Assembly: GCA_050178035.1 (NCBI GenBank)
Contig: JBFXGK010000010.1
Location: forward strand, 36,396-100,395
Direction of reading: 5' to 3'
Origin: Kiritimatiellia bacterium
GTDB taxonomy: Bacteria > Verrucomicrobiota > Kiritimatiellia > JAKQHR01
DNA: 64,000 bases
Both the position numbers and the translations under genes were made by a program. Of this stretch, positions 9,633 to 17,347 are shown piece after piece. A model generated the notes under the pieces. That model saw only the letters and a list, made by a program, of their open reading frames with translations. It had not been told where the DNA came from and made no database searches. Position 1 is the first letter of the stretch. Each line of letters begins with the position of its first letter.

Positions 9633-11759
9633 TTAGTGGATTGTAATGCGATCTATCAGGCATGAAACATCCGTTTTTCTGCGGGATGAATATTTTATTA
9701 ACTCAGATATATCAATACGTTGCACTTCAATAAGCCTTGATGCGCCCTCTATAAATTCGGTAATATTTACGATAGAATATTCGTATAAATCCGCCAAAAC
9801 ATCCACCATGATCTTCTCCATCAGTGCAAAGCCGTCCCGATGCGGTGTTTTGGTGGAAATCGGCAAAACCACGGCTGTTTTCTCTTCAATGGAGAAAGTG
9901 TGCCGGATTTCCTGTTTGCCGGGATTGGCATAGACGCGATAGCCGAGATCTTTCAACCGGTCGGCGACGCTTTCGATGGCGTCGCGCTCAACATAGGCAA
10001 ACTGCACATGCTTGGCGATTTGGTGCCGCAGCATTTCGTTCAACTGTTCCGTGGACCAGCAGGCAAAGTCGAGCAGCGGGAAAGCTGTTTTCAGCTCGCT
10101 GACCAGTTTTTCGACCGGCGCGGTATCAAGCCGATAAGGTTTTGCAATGGAGGAATACCAGCCGTGCCCGGCATCAAATATTTTGCCTTCCTTCTTTTGG
10201 CGGCTGAGGTAGGTCTTCACCGTGTCCGGCTTGTAGCTCAGCTTTTGCTCGGCCAGCCAGCGGCGGACGGCATCAATGGAAAAATATGGAGCCTTCTGCG
10301 CCAGATCGTGCGTGATGACCTGTTCAACAAAACTTTTGCCGTCCAGATAGGCCATCGCCGCCGCTTCGCCTTTTTCAATCGCTATCTCAACCGCCTTCTT
10401 CGCCTTTTCCAGCAGACGGTGCGATGCTGCCTTCTTCTCCCTCGCTTCAAGAAGCCGGGCAACGATTTCCTGCTGCTTCTCCTTCGCAACGAAGGGGATT
10501 ACAAATTGCGAAATGTCTTTCGGATAAAGATGCGGCTGGGCGCATCCGCTTTTGAATTTTTCAGTTTGCAACCGGCCGATCAATGAATTCATTACGCAGG
10601 CAACATAGATTGGATCCTCTTTATCTGGCCGGATCGTCACAATGTCCTGGCAGGCCAATGCGCGTTCACTGGAAAGATAGGCTTGGGTGCGCCCCACGTT
10701 GGCCCCCGTCGAATACACAAGGATGTCGTTCTGCCGGACCTGCGCCAACTCATTCGTTTCCCAGCATTGCAGCGTGGTCTTGTCTAAATTTTCATAATCA
10801 ATATCGGTTTCTGTCAAATGCTTCTGGGTAATCATCTTGCAAGATCCCTGCTCGTCATATTGCGCGATACAGCCGCGTTCAATATATTCAGCGATCTCTC
10901 CGACCGTCTTCACGTATTCGGCGTTCTTGCGAATGCGCTTGAACAGCTCGTCAAACTTCGGCTGGTAAAACTCCGCATCCAGCCGCCCGCTCGCCGCAAA
11001 GGATTCGGAGAAGGATTTAACGGATGCGTTTTGTTGATGAACAGTTTCGGAATAATTAAGAGCCTCCAGCAAAACCAGCTGGGCAGCTTTGAATTCTGAT
11101 TCGCTGATTTCACGCTTCGCAACACCGTCCAAAAGCAGTTTGCCGATTTTGGTTTGAAGATCGTTTGAGAAGGCGGGAACGGCGATGTTTCCGCAGTCCT
11201 CGAGATTTAAGTGCATTTGAATGTTGCCGGTAAACCATCTGCGCAGCAGCAGCAACCCCTCGCGAGTGTTAAAATATGTCACAAGAAATTCGGAGCGGAT
11301 GCCGCAGTCCGGCTTCAGCTTCAATGCGACTGTATCCTGCGAAACGTTGCATTCGTCAACTGTTACAAGGGATGCGGCGGCACAGGCGGTCTTCGAGAGA
11401 ACAATATCGCCTTTACTCAGATGCGTTTTGTGGTTTTCCTGATCCACTTTCTCTGGGATGCAGACAAAGTCTCCCTGTATTTGCATGTTCCGAAGGTTGG
11501 AGATTCGCACAAAAGGAATTCCGGAATCAGAATAGACTGAAGCATTTACGTCGAAGATCCCTTTTCGAAGCATCTGGGCAATATCGCCAAGCAAAACGGT
11601 GGGGTGTTTTGCCAGTCGTCTTTCAATAGAAATGTACTGCCGTTCATAGACCTCCGCATCCAGCCGGTTTCCGCTTATCAACTCGGACATCCGAACTTCA
11701 CTGATCTCCAGCCCGCTCAACAAGGCCTTGTATTTGGCCTCATTGAACGGGCTTGTCAG
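9633..11759 (-). CDS. Two-TRD RM specificity subunit (HsdS-like) fused to a C-terminal AbiEi/DUF6577-like antitoxin domain; probably entered by -1 frameshift from the upstream gene (nominal TTG start at 11723)
   Basis: Duplicated RLDAE(V/F)Y + TRD + helix units (KGDIVLSK, QNDILVY, GCAQPHLYPKDI..IP); about 230-aa tail with wHTH-like TVKTYLSRQKKEGKIFDAGHGWY, FPLLDFACWST, MEKIMVD and LIKYSSRR. Confidence 0.85.
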   Translation of the reverse strand: MTSPFNEAKYKALLSGLEISEVRMSELISGNRLDAEVYERQYISIERRLAKHPTVLLGDIAQMLRKGIFDVNASVYSDSGIPFVRISNLRNMQIQGDFVCIPEKVDQENHKTHLSKGDIVLSKTACAAASLVTVDECNVSQDTVALKLKPDCGIRSEFLVTYFNTREGLLLLRRWFTGNIQMHLNLEDCGNIAVPAFSNDLQTKIGKLLLDGVAKREISESEFKAAQLVLLEALNYSETVHQQNASVKSFSESFAASGRLDAEFYQPKFDELFKRIRKNAEYVKTVGEIAEYIERGCIAQYDEQGSCKMITQKHLTETDIDYENLDKTTLQCWETNELAQVRQNDILVYSTGANVGRTQAYLSSERALACQDIVTIRPDKEDPIYVACVMNSLIGRLQTEKFKSGCAQPHLYPKDISQFVIPFVAKEKQQEIVARLLEAREKKAASHRLLEKAKKAVEIAIEKGEAAAMAYLDGKSFVEQVITHDLAQKAPYFSIDAVRRWLAEQKLSYKPDTVKTYLSRQKKEGKIFDAGHGWYSSIAKPYRLDTAPVEKLVSELKTAFPLLDFACWSTEQLNEMLRHQIAKHVQFAYVERDAIESVADRLKDLGYRVYANPGKQEIRHTFSIEEKTAVVLPISTKTPHRDGFALMEKIMVDVLADLYEYSIVNITEFIEGASRLIEVQRIDISELIKYSSRRKTDVSCLIDRITIH

Positions 11760-11780
11760 AAAAAAGGGAGTTTTTCCTTC
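11710..11780 (-). promoter_or_regulatory. Candidate -1 programmed ribosomal frameshift signal
   Basis: mRNA GAAGGAAAAACUCCC-U_UUU_UUC-UGACA-[AGCCCGUUCAAUGAGGCC AAAUACAA GGCCUUGUUGAGCGGGCU]; 18-bp stem with 3 G-U pairs. Confidence 0.75.
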
Positions 11781-13837
11781 TTGGCGAATTCGATGAAGGC
11801 TTCGGCGATGCCGTCGCCGGTCAGCCCGTCGTGGTTGAACAGGTCGTGATCCACAAAGAGGTGGCCGTGGCTGTCGAGTTCGTATTCATCAAGGAATTCC
11901 GGGACGGTGTTGTATTTGTCGGGGGTTTCCCCAACGGCTGGAATCATGCCGGTTTTCGTCTCGATCGGCTGGAATTCGGGATTGCGCTTGCGGACGTAGA
12001 TTTTTTCGCCGGAGTTGTCTTTGCCGGGCTTCTGCATCGTGGCAAAGAAGATGTTGTAGTCGGCCGTTTTGGGGCAGAGCGGCCCGGCTTTCGGATCGTC
12101 GTTCCATTTCTGGACAAACAGCACGGAAGTTTTGGTTCCGGTGTGGGGCTTGAAGGTGTTCTGGTGCAGCCCGACCACGGCCAGGATGCGGCAGCGTTCG
12201 GCGATGAAGTCGCGGATCTGTTTGTCGCTGGCGTTGTTGAAGCGGCCCTGCGGCAGGACAATCGCCATGCGTCCGCCGGGGCGCAGGAAATCGAGGTTGC
12301 GCTCAATAAAAAGAATGTCGCGTCCGACATTGGTGCGCCATTTTCCGTTGGCGTTTTTGCCGAGTTCATAACAGGTGATGATCTGGCCGTCCTTGATATC
12401 CCCCGCAAAGGGCGGATTCGCCATCAGGAGGTCGAAGTTGTATTCCTTGTTCCCTTCTTTTTTCCGCCGGAGTTTTTTCAGGCGCTTAAAGCCTTCGTTG
12501 AAGGTGTCGAGCCATTCCTCCTGCCGGGTCGTTTCATCCCAGCGCTTGTAATCGAGCGTATTGAGATGCAGCACGTTGGTCTGACCGTCACCGGCAATCA
12601 GATTCAGCGTGCGGGCGACCCGGACGGCCTTTTCATCGAAATCAATGGCGAAGACCTTGTCCTGCACATACTTCTCGCACTCCACCGGTTTCTGTTCGAT
12701 GGTGAACAGATGGCTGGCATGGATTCCTTTTTCTTCCAGGATCTGCTTCCAGACGTGGAATATTCCGTGAACCGTGAATCCCGAAGAACCCGCCGCCGTA
12801 TCAATCATAGTTTCATGCGCCTGGGGGTTGAGCATCTTTACGCACATATCAATGACGTAGCGCGGAGTAAAATACTGCCCCTTTTCGCCTTTGCTGCTTT
12901 TGCTCATCAGATATTCAAACGCTTCGTCCACCACTTCGAGGTTCGAGTTGAAGAGCTTGACGTCCTGAAGCGATGAAACACAAATGCCCAGATGGGACGG
13001 GCTCAACTGTATACGTGTGGATTCTTCAAAAACGCCCTGCCATTGTTCACGGGCGCTGGAAAAAAGGTTCTGGATTTTCTGATTGAGCGCGGTTTCGGTC
13101 TGTCCGGTATTGCGAAATTCGAGAAAGCGCTTCCGGTCGCGGCCCGACAGCCATTCATCGTAGAGCTTGGTGAAGATCAGCTTGAAAACCTCCTCAAAAA
13201 CATCAACGCCCGCATGGGCAAGCACCTCATCTTCCATGTCCTGAATGAGATCTTTGAGAGACTTCCTCTCGGTAATCAGTTTATCTTTTTCAATCAGATC
13301 GGCGATCGTGAAACGCTCCTGCAAAATATCCGCCAGCGTTTCCGAAGCCATCGGGATGTGCGTGAGATCAAAGAAGTGGTTCGGATCGCGGCGGTTCCAA
13401 TAAGAAATGCTTTCTCCGTTGGTCCATATCGCGATGGGGGCTCCGGTCGCATGGCAGTAGGACTTGAGCTGTTCTTTTCCGGTGCTCCATTTTGGAGACT
13501 TGATCTCCACAATCATATAAACCGAGGTGGGCTTGTCTTTGTCAAAGACAACAATATCCGCGCGTTTAACCTCTCTCCCAAAATGAACGGGATGCTCCAC
13601 CTGAATGCGTTCAAGCGGATATTGGTAGCGATCCATCAATACACGCAAATAGAGCTGACGAACCACTTCTTCGGGCGTCAATCGTATCTGCTTGTTTCGA
13701 ATGCGGCAGGGAACATACAATCCTTCACCCTTCGCCGTCTTCTTGCGGGTAACCTCACTCTCCAGATCACGAATATCCTCTTCGTTGAACTGTGACAGCT
13801 TATAGTTCGAGTTGTGCAGGATTTCTATAATTTTCAT
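11756..13837 (-). CDS. Fused endonuclease (HsdR N-terminal type) + N6-adenine DNA methyltransferase (type IIB/IIG-like RM subunit)
   Basis: TPEEVVRQ, RADIVVF..VEIK (PD-(D/E)xK); GQYFTPR; DTAAGSSGF; ANPPF. Confidence 0.93.
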   Translation of the reverse strand: MKIIEILHNSNYKLSQFNEEDIRDLESEVTRKKTAKGEGLYVPCRIRNKQIRLTPEEVVRQLYLRVLMDRYQYPLERIQVEHPVHFGREVKRADIVVFDKDKPTSVYMIVEIKSPKWSTGKEQLKSYCHATGAPIAIWTNGESISYWNRRDPNHFFDLTHIPMASETLADILQERFTIADLIEKDKLITERKSLKDLIQDMEDEVLAHAGVDVFEEVFKLIFTKLYDEWLSGRDRKRFLEFRNTGQTETALNQKIQNLFSSAREQWQGVFEESTRIQLSPSHLGICVSSLQDVKLFNSNLEVVDEAFEYLMSKSSKGEKGQYFTPRYVIDMCVKMLNPQAHETMIDTAAGSSGFTVHGIFHVWKQILEEKGIHASHLFTIEQKPVECEKYVQDKVFAIDFDEKAVRVARTLNLIAGDGQTNVLHLNTLDYKRWDETTRQEEWLDTFNEGFKRLKKLRRKKEGNKEYNFDLLMANPPFAGDIKDGQIITCYELGKNANGKWRTNVGRDILFIERNLDFLRPGGRMAIVLPQGRFNNASDKQIRDFIAERCRILAVVGLHQNTFKPHTGTKTSVLFVQKWNDDPKAGPLCPKTADYNIFFATMQKPGKDNSGEKIYVRKRNPEFQPIETKTGMIPAVGETPDKYNTVPEFLDEYELDSHGHLFVDHDLFNHDGLTGDGIAEAFIEFAKKEKLPFF

Positions 13838-13867
13838 TTTTCCTCTGAACTTGATTATTTCGGACTA

Positions 13868-13891
13868 TGCCAAACTGTTGACCATTTGGCA
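13868..13891. promoter_or_regulatory. Inverted repeat overlapping the putative RM-operon promoter
   Basis: TGCCAAA-N10-TTTGGCA; minus strand reads TTGCCA-17-CATAGT. Confidence 0.45.
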
Positions 13892-14062
13892 ACCGAAGCA
13901 GTCGTTTATGTCAAATGGAATAGAGAAAGGATGCTGTTTGGCCCGTGAACGGAAAGCCCCCTCTGGCGATCAGCTCTAATCGTCGCAGCATCCATCCGGC
14001 GTTCAAATTCAAAACATAACGCCTGATGTTTCATCGTTATATTTGTCGGGAAATAGGTGTAT

Positions 14063-14160
14063 GGGCTATTTTGACGTTTTTTGGGCATTTTTGGCCAATT
14101 TTGAGCGTTTTTGAGCATTTTTTGACGTTTTTTGGCCATTTATTAGCGCTTTTTGACGCT
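14063..14160. repeat. Phased T-tract array B (about 9 tracts)
   Basis: T-tracts end at 14072, 14082, 14092, 14102, 14112, 14123, 14133, 14144 and 14154. Confidence 0.9.
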
Positions 14161-14202
14161 TGGGAGACCCTTTCGCGACGTAAAGAATCGGAGGTCATAT
14201 TG

Positions 14203-14230
14203 TTGACAAAGAGCCCTAAATACGTACTAT
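14203..14230 (+). promoter_or_regulatory. Sigma70-type promoter of tRNA-Phe
   Basis: TTGACA-16 bp-TACTAT, 30 bp upstream of the tRNA. Confidence 0.7.
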
Positions 14231-14260
14231 GCCGAGACTGCTGGAAACCAAGAATCTGGT

Positions 14261-14336
<76 letters not shown>

Positions 14337-14366
14337 TTTTTCTTTCCGTTTATTAAGGGACCACGA

Positions 14367-14750
14367 ATGAACACGAATATGCACGAATTACTATTGAAGG
14401 ATGAGGTGTTCGCGGTGACGGGGTGCGCCATGGAAGTGCTCAATGGGCTGGGACATGGACTGCTTGAAAAGCCTTATGAAAATGCCCTGGTGGTAGAGTT
14501 TGGCTTGAATAATATTCCTTTCAAACAGCAGCCACGCTTCGAGGTTCAGTACAAGGGCGTCTCGGTTGGAGAATATATTCCGGATCTGATTACACACGGG
14601 CAATTGGTGGTGGACGCCAAAGTCATCGAAAAGATTACGGACCATGAAATAGGTCAGATGATGAATTACCTAAAGATTACCGGATTGAGAGTCGGACTGA
14701 TTCTGAATTTCAAACGCGCCAAATTAGAGTGGAAACGGATTGTTCTGTAA
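14367..14750 (+). CDS. GxxExxY protein (start at 14367 or 14379)
   Basis: LGHGLLEKPYENAL; QMMNYLKITGLRVGLILNF. Confidence 0.93.
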   Translation: MNTNMHELLLKDEVFAVTGCAMEVLNGLGHGLLEKPYENALVVEFGLNNIPFKQQPRFEVQYKGVSVGEYIPDLITHGQLVVDAKVIEKITDHEIGQMMNYLKITGLRVGLILNFKRAKLEWKRIVL

Positions 14751-14825
14751 TATTAGTGTCTATTTGTGTCCATTCGTGGTTCAAAGTATCTATGATCATG
14801 CAAAGAAACACATCTGCGAGTCGTT

Positions 14826-15230
14826 ATGAATATTAGTTCCTGCATTTTCTGCGAGATGGATCCCGCGCGTGTGATCGCGCGCGAAGGCCCATGCTATGCC
14901 GTTTACGACGGATTCCCCGTTTCCATAGGTCATATCCTCATCATTCCCGAACGGCATGTGGCGTCGTTTCGCGAGCTGACGGAAGAAGAGTGGATCGCTG
15001 TCCACAAACTGGCAAATGAACTGTCCAATCAGCTGCGCAAACGGGACAAGACGATTGACGGATTCAATTTGGGCATCAACGACGGCGAAGCGGCAGGGCA
15101 GACCATCTTCCATGTGCATGTGCACCTGATCCCGCGCCGCAAAGGCGATGTCGAAAACCCGCGCGGCGGCGTGCGCCACGTGATCCCGTGCAGAGGGTTC
15201 TATCCAGCCAGCACGGAACCTGAACGCTGA
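14826..15230 (+). CDS. HIT-family nucleotide hydrolase
   Basis: SCIFC, GHILIIP, AGQTIFHVHVHLIPR. Confidence 0.93.
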   Translation: MNISSCIFCEMDPARVIAREGPCYAVYDGFPVSIGHILIIPERHVASFRELTEEEWIAVHKLANELSNQLRKRDKTIDGFNLGINDGEAAGQTIFHVHVHLIPRRKGDVENPRGGVRHVIPCRGFYPASTEPER

Positions 15231-16765
15231 CCGGTGAGTTTTCCGTCCAGAAGCGTGACACATCCGTTCACAAGAACAGCCGCAATGCCGGCGGCAAGCT
15301 GATGAGGCTTCGCGAAGGTTGCCCTGTCGGCTATTTTCTCCGGATCAAACACCGTAATGTCGGCCTTGAAGCCTTCCGCCAGCCGCCCCCTGCCCTGCAG
15401 TTTGAAATGTTCCGCAGGCAGGCTGGTCATTTTGCGGACGGCTTCTTCAAGCGGCATGCGCTTTTCATCAACCACCTTGCGGATGAAACGTGGAAATGCC
15501 CCGTAGGCGCGCGGATGCGGATGATCTTCGCTGAGCGGACCCTCTGGAGCCCGGATGGAGGCATCGCTCCCGATCATCACATAAGGTTCCGAGAGAATCC
15601 GCCACATGTTTTCTTCGCTCATGCCGAAGAAAATTCCGCCGGTTTTAAGTTCATCCTTTTCAATGATCTGAAGGAGAGCCTCTGCAGGATGCAGTTTCAT
15701 TTTGTCCGCAATTTCCGGCAACCGCAGGCCGGGATAATCCGCGTGGTCCGGATGGCTGACCGATCCGATCATGATCCGCTCCCAGTCGGCATCCGTCCGG
15801 CCCGCTTTCAGTTCCGCCAGAATCTTCGCGCGGATCGCTGCATCGCGGATGCGGCCCAGCACAATGTCAGGGCCTCCCGTTGAAGCCCATGCGGGCAGTA
15901 CAATGTCCAGGTCGGTTGATGATGCGGTGTACGGATAACGGTCGGACATGACCGGAAGTCCTTCGGCGCGGGCGGCGCGAATGATTTCAAGCACACGGTC
16001 AATTTTCGGCCAGTTCGCGAGGCCGGAAGTTTTCAGATGCGAAATCTGCGTGCGAACACCGGTGCGGCGGCAAACCTCGATGGTTTCCTCCACAGCCTCG
16101 ATCAGGCCCGCACCCTCGCTTCGCATATGGGACGCATAAATTCCGTCATGCTTTGCGACCACGCGCGCCAGTTCCCAAATTTCGGATGGCTCCGCGCAGC
16201 TTCCCGGAGGATAGACAAGGCCCGTGCTGAAACCGCACGATCCCTCATTCAAACACTTCTCCAAAAGCTGCTTCATAGCCGCGAGCTCATCGGCCGAAGC
16301 CTGCCGCGGTTCGTAGCCCATGACACCCGCGCGGATGGCATTGTGCCCGGTTAGAAATCCGACATTCACGGCAGGTGCAATTTCTTTCAGGGCGGCGCGG
16401 TATTCACACACTGAATGCCATTCCCTGGGATATTTTTTGTCGCGCCAGTCCGAAGGCATTTTGTAGCTGCCCTGAAGCGGCGATGCCGAGGCGCCGCACT
16501 GGCCGACGATTTCAGTGGTGACCCCCTGATATATCTTGCTCATCGCATCCGGCTGAATCAGCAGGTATGCGTCGGAATGCGAATGGACATCAATAAAACC
16601 GGGGCAGACATATTTACCTTCGGCATCAATGATTCGTTTTGCTGGCGCGGCAGACAGATTGCCAATATCGGCAATGGAATCGCCCATGATCCCAACATCG
16701 GCAGGGCGGCCAGGCGTGCCGGTCCCGTCAAAAACCATTCCCCCGGTTATTTTAACATCGAGCAT
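15200..16765 (-). CDS. N-acyl-D-amino-acid deacylase (D-aminoacylase, amidohydrolase)
   Basis: PGFIDVHSHSD, GVTTEIVGQCG, SHMRSE, GSDA, HPRAYGAFPR. Confidence 0.92.
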   Translation of the reverse strand: MLDVKITGGMVFDGTGTPGRPADVGIMGDSIADIGNLSAAPAKRIIDAEGKYVCPGFIDVHSHSDAYLLIQPDAMSKIYQGVTTEIVGQCGASASPLQGSYKMPSDWRDKKYPREWHSVCEYRAALKEIAPAVNVGFLTGHNAIRAGVMGYEPRQASADELAAMKQLLEKCLNEGSCGFSTGLVYPPGSCAEPSEIWELARVVAKHDGIYASHMRSEGAGLIEAVEETIEVCRRTGVRTQISHLKTSGLANWPKIDRVLEIIRAARAEGLPVMSDRYPYTASSTDLDIVLPAWASTGGPDIVLGRIRDAAIRAKILAELKAGRTDADWERIMIGSVSHPDHADYPGLRLPEIADKMKLHPAEALLQIIEKDELKTGGIFFGMSEENMWRILSEPYVMIGSDASIRAPEGPLSEDHPHPRAYGAFPRFIRKVVDEKRMPLEEAVRKMTSLPAEHFKLQGRGRLAEGFKADITVFDPEKIADRATFAKPHQLAAGIAAVLVNGCVTLLDGKLTGQRSGSVLAG

Positions 16766-16768
16766 AGA

Positions 16769-17347
16769 TCAGGGCGCCGGTTCCGGCGGAGTTTCCGGCG
16801 CAGCGGCACCTCCAACGGGTGCGGAGAGTTCCTGCTGGGCGGCGCGGGCGGTTCCGTCAAGCATGGCGATCACTTCGGCCTGCACGGTTTCGAGCTCGGC
16901 CAGCTTGAGACGCGGATCAGGAATCATGAAAACTTCGTTGGTCTTCTTGTGCTCGTAAACGCGCACCAGTGTGCCATCCTCGCGCTCCTGCACATCGCGT
17001 TCCACCAGGATCCGGCGGCGCTCAAGCATCACGGCCAGAATGTAAATCGTGTTGGCCTGCTCCACCACGCGGTCGGTCTCGATCAGTTCGCGCAGAAGCG
17101 ACTCTGCGGTTTCCTTTTTGACGGCGGGCTCCGGCGGCGGCGCCGGCGCGCGGTAAATCGTGCGCCAGCGGCTGAGTGCGTTGGCCTGCACCTCGTCGGT
17201 CCAGCATTTCTCGCAGTAGTCGGAACGGTGGTAGCCGTCTGACTCAAAGGTCAATTTTGAATAGAAGGGCTCCATATCCTCGTACTCGTGTTCGCATTTC
17301 GAGCACGCTTCCGACCGCGCCTTGATGTCCCAGTCCTGTTCTTTCAT
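16769..17347 (-). CDS. Hypothetical protein with two CxxC motifs
   Basis: CSKC and DYCEKCW; tightly coupled within the minus-strand operon. Confidence 0.75.
   Translation of the reverse strand: MKEQDWDIKARSEACSKCEHEYEDMEPFYSKLTFESDGYHRSDYCEKCWTDEVQANALSRWRTIYRAPAPPPEPAVKKETAESLLRELIETDRVVEQANTIYILAVMLERRRILVERDVQEREDGTLVRVYEHKKTNEVFMIPDPRLKLAELETVQAEVIAMLDGTARAAQQELSAPVGGAAAPETPPEPAP

Noticed and set aside
11760-11765. Phase variation or pseudogene explanation for the RM/S junction
   Set aside because: T6 is short for slipped-strand switching, both ORFs are intact, and the precisely spaced hairpin favours recoding. Not fully excluded without reads.
14015-14042. ATAACG...CGTTAT inverted repeat as an integron attC site
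   Set aside because: It is too short, lacks inner L boxes, and there is no cassette array or integrase.
13906-14139. Lys-rich minus-strand ORFs over the phased arrays (also 24701-24895, 29165-29359, 60406-60705)
   Set aside because: The period is about 10 nt rather than a multiple of 3, and Lys/Phe-rich text appears in several frames, so this looks like a by-product of the DNA pattern.
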